Translations under genes and position numbers: made by a program
Origin: a virus
Lineage: Duplodnaviria > Caudoviricetes
Strand: one strand, 5' to 3'
DNA: 43,245 nucleotides
IMG/VR virus record: IMGVR_UViG_3300043621_000052
Span: 1-43,245 of that record
In this document: in pieces, positions 42,013-43,245 of the stretch
Numbering within the stretch: the stretch's first letter is position 1
How the letters are laid out: each line of letters starts with the position of its first letter
Notes under the pieces: generated by a model
What the model saw: only the letters and a program-made list of their open reading frames with translations
Databases searched by the model: none
Told to the model about the DNA's origin: nothing

Positions 42013-43245
42013 ATGGCGTTACAATCGTTCAACCTCGATGAGGCGGCGGCCGCCGCCGAGAAGGAGCTCAGGGAGCAGCAGGAGCTCGCGCTGCGCGATC
42101 GGCGCGCGGGTGAGGCGACGGTCAACCCTGTTGTCGGCTCCGCCCTCCAGGGCGCGACGTTTGGCTTCGGCGACGAGGCGACGGCCGGCGTGCGCTCGCT
42201 CTTCGGCTCCACGGACTACGACACGGCTCTGGCGCAGGAACGCGCGGGGGTCGCCAAATTCCGCGATGAGAACCCCGTCTCGGATTTCGCGCTGAATGTT
42301 GGCGGGTCGCTCGTGCCGTCGCTGGTCGGCGGACGCGTCCTGCGTGGCCTGCGTGGCGAGCCGACGACGGCGCCACCCCCAGGCGCCCCCGGCGGCGGCT
42401 TTAATCCGTTCGCCGGGCCGCGCACGGTCAGCCCGAACATGCCGCCGCCGATGCCGCCGGCCGTGCCGGCGCTGGCCGGCCTTGGCCCGACGGTCAAGAG
42501 CGCCGCCATGGTCGGCGCCGGGCAGGGCGCTCTCCAGGGCTTCGGCGAAGGCGAGGGACTCGGGGGTCGTCTGGCCGGCGGCGCGATCGGCGGCGCCTTC
42601 GGTCACGTCCTCGGCGGCGTCGGGGGTGGTATCGCGCACGGCCTCTCCGAGGGCGCGCAATACCTCACGAAGCCCATGCTGTGGGCGCGCGGCGGCAACG
42701 CGGCGGCGGAGGGCGCGCGGGACAAGATCATCCAAAACGCGACGCGAAGCGGGACCGACATAGACGGCATGGCGGCGGATCTCGCGCGCCAGCAGAGCGG
42801 CCGGGCGGATCTCCTCGGCCAGGGCTTCCCCGACTCGGGGCTGACCCTCGGCGAGCGTATGGGGCCGTCGGTCACGCCGGCCATGGACGCGGCCGCGCAG
42901 ATGCCGGGCGTGGGGTCAACCCAGATCCGCACGCAGCTGACGACGCGCCAGGAAGGGCGGCAGGACCGGGTCGGGCAGGGGCTGCGGGCGGTCTTCGGGG
43001 ATCTGGAGGACGATTATGTCCAGCGGCAGCGTCTGCGGACAGAGCGCAGCGCCGACGCGGACCCTCTCTTCAAGAACGCCTGGGATAATTCACGGCCGTT
43101 GGAGCCGATCGACATGCGCAACCTGGGACGTGTGCCCTCGGAGATATTCGCCGAGGCACGCAAGGCCGCGCGCATGGAGGGGCGCACCGTCGACTTCGAA
43201 CCGACGTTCGACAAAGACGGCTTTATGAACCCGCTGAAGGCCGGG
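42013..43245 (+). CDS. 5' part of the ~740-aa internal virion/ejection protein (continues at 128..1117)
   Basis: SD aggag; GATFGFGDEATAG motif; open to the window end, so it is absent from the ORF track. Confidence 0.82.
   Translation, partial: MALQSFNLDEAAAAAEKELREQQELALRDRRAGEATVNPVVGSALQGATFGFGDEATAGVRSLFGSTDYDTALAQERAGVAKFRDENPVSDFALNVGGSLVPSLVGGRVLRGLRGEPTTAPPPGAPGGGFNPFAGPRTVSPNMPPPMPPAVPALAGLGPTVKSAAMVGAGQGALQGFGEGEGLGGRLAGGAIGGAFGHVLGGVGGGIAHGLSEGAQYLTKPMLWARGGNAAAEGARDKIIQNATRSGTDIDGMAADLARQQSGRADLLGQGFPDSGLTLGERMGPSVTPAMDAAAQMPGVGSTQIRTQLTTRQEGRQDRVGQGLRAVFGDLEDDYVQRQRLRTERSADADPLFKNAWDNSRPLEPIDMRNLGRVPSEIFAEARKAARMEGRTVDFEPTFDKDGFMNPLKAG
43119..43245. repeat. Terminal direct repeat, copy 2
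   Basis: Identical to 1-127. Confidence 0.93.

Noticed and set aside
43119-43245. 127-bp terminal repeat as a biological direct terminal repeat
   Set aside because: It falls mid-gene, equals a standard assembler k-mer length, and the terminase looks like a headful type, so an assembly overlap is the better explanation.
1-43245. Stop-codon reassignment
   Set aside because: Core genes are full length in the standard code and end in TGA, TAA and TAG with normal coupling.

Overview
The window is an apparently complete, circularly permuted genome of a high-GC tailed dsDNA phage with podovirus-like organisation. Unique length is 43,118 bp; bases 1-127 repeat at 43119-43245, most likely as an assembly overlap, and one gene is split across this junction. 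The minus-strand replication arm (about 1.3-10.7 kb) encodes a family-A DNA polymerase, a DUF2815-type SSB, a C5 DNA methyltransferase carrying two nested overprinted genes, a Cas4/DUF2800-like nuclease, an SNF2-type helicase and an excisionase-like HTH. A divergent control region and XRE repressor follow. The plus strand then carries a degenerate tyrosine recombinase, primase-helicase, a putative origin, RuvC-like resolvase, terminases, an autonomous small-gene cassette, portal, two putative effector proteins (ART-like and HhH-glycosylase-like), scaffold, a major capsid protein with a PKD-like extension, tail genes, a Tae2-like lysin and ejection proteins. Most notable: (1) a 13-aa copy of the capsid N-terminus at the end of an early protein, differing only at synonymous positions; (2) portal-adjacent enzymes sharing terminal (G/S)LL(YP) tags with ejection proteins; (3) an HNH gene and a methyltransferase beta subunit overprinted inside the methyltransferase; (4) a repeated bulged-hairpin/SD leader in the small-gene cassette; (5) a five-copy palindromic operator; (6) a candidate antisense RNA upstream of a rep-like HTH gene. 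All family calls come from motif recognition by eye and no database searches were run. I saw no tRNA, rRNA or CRISPR array.
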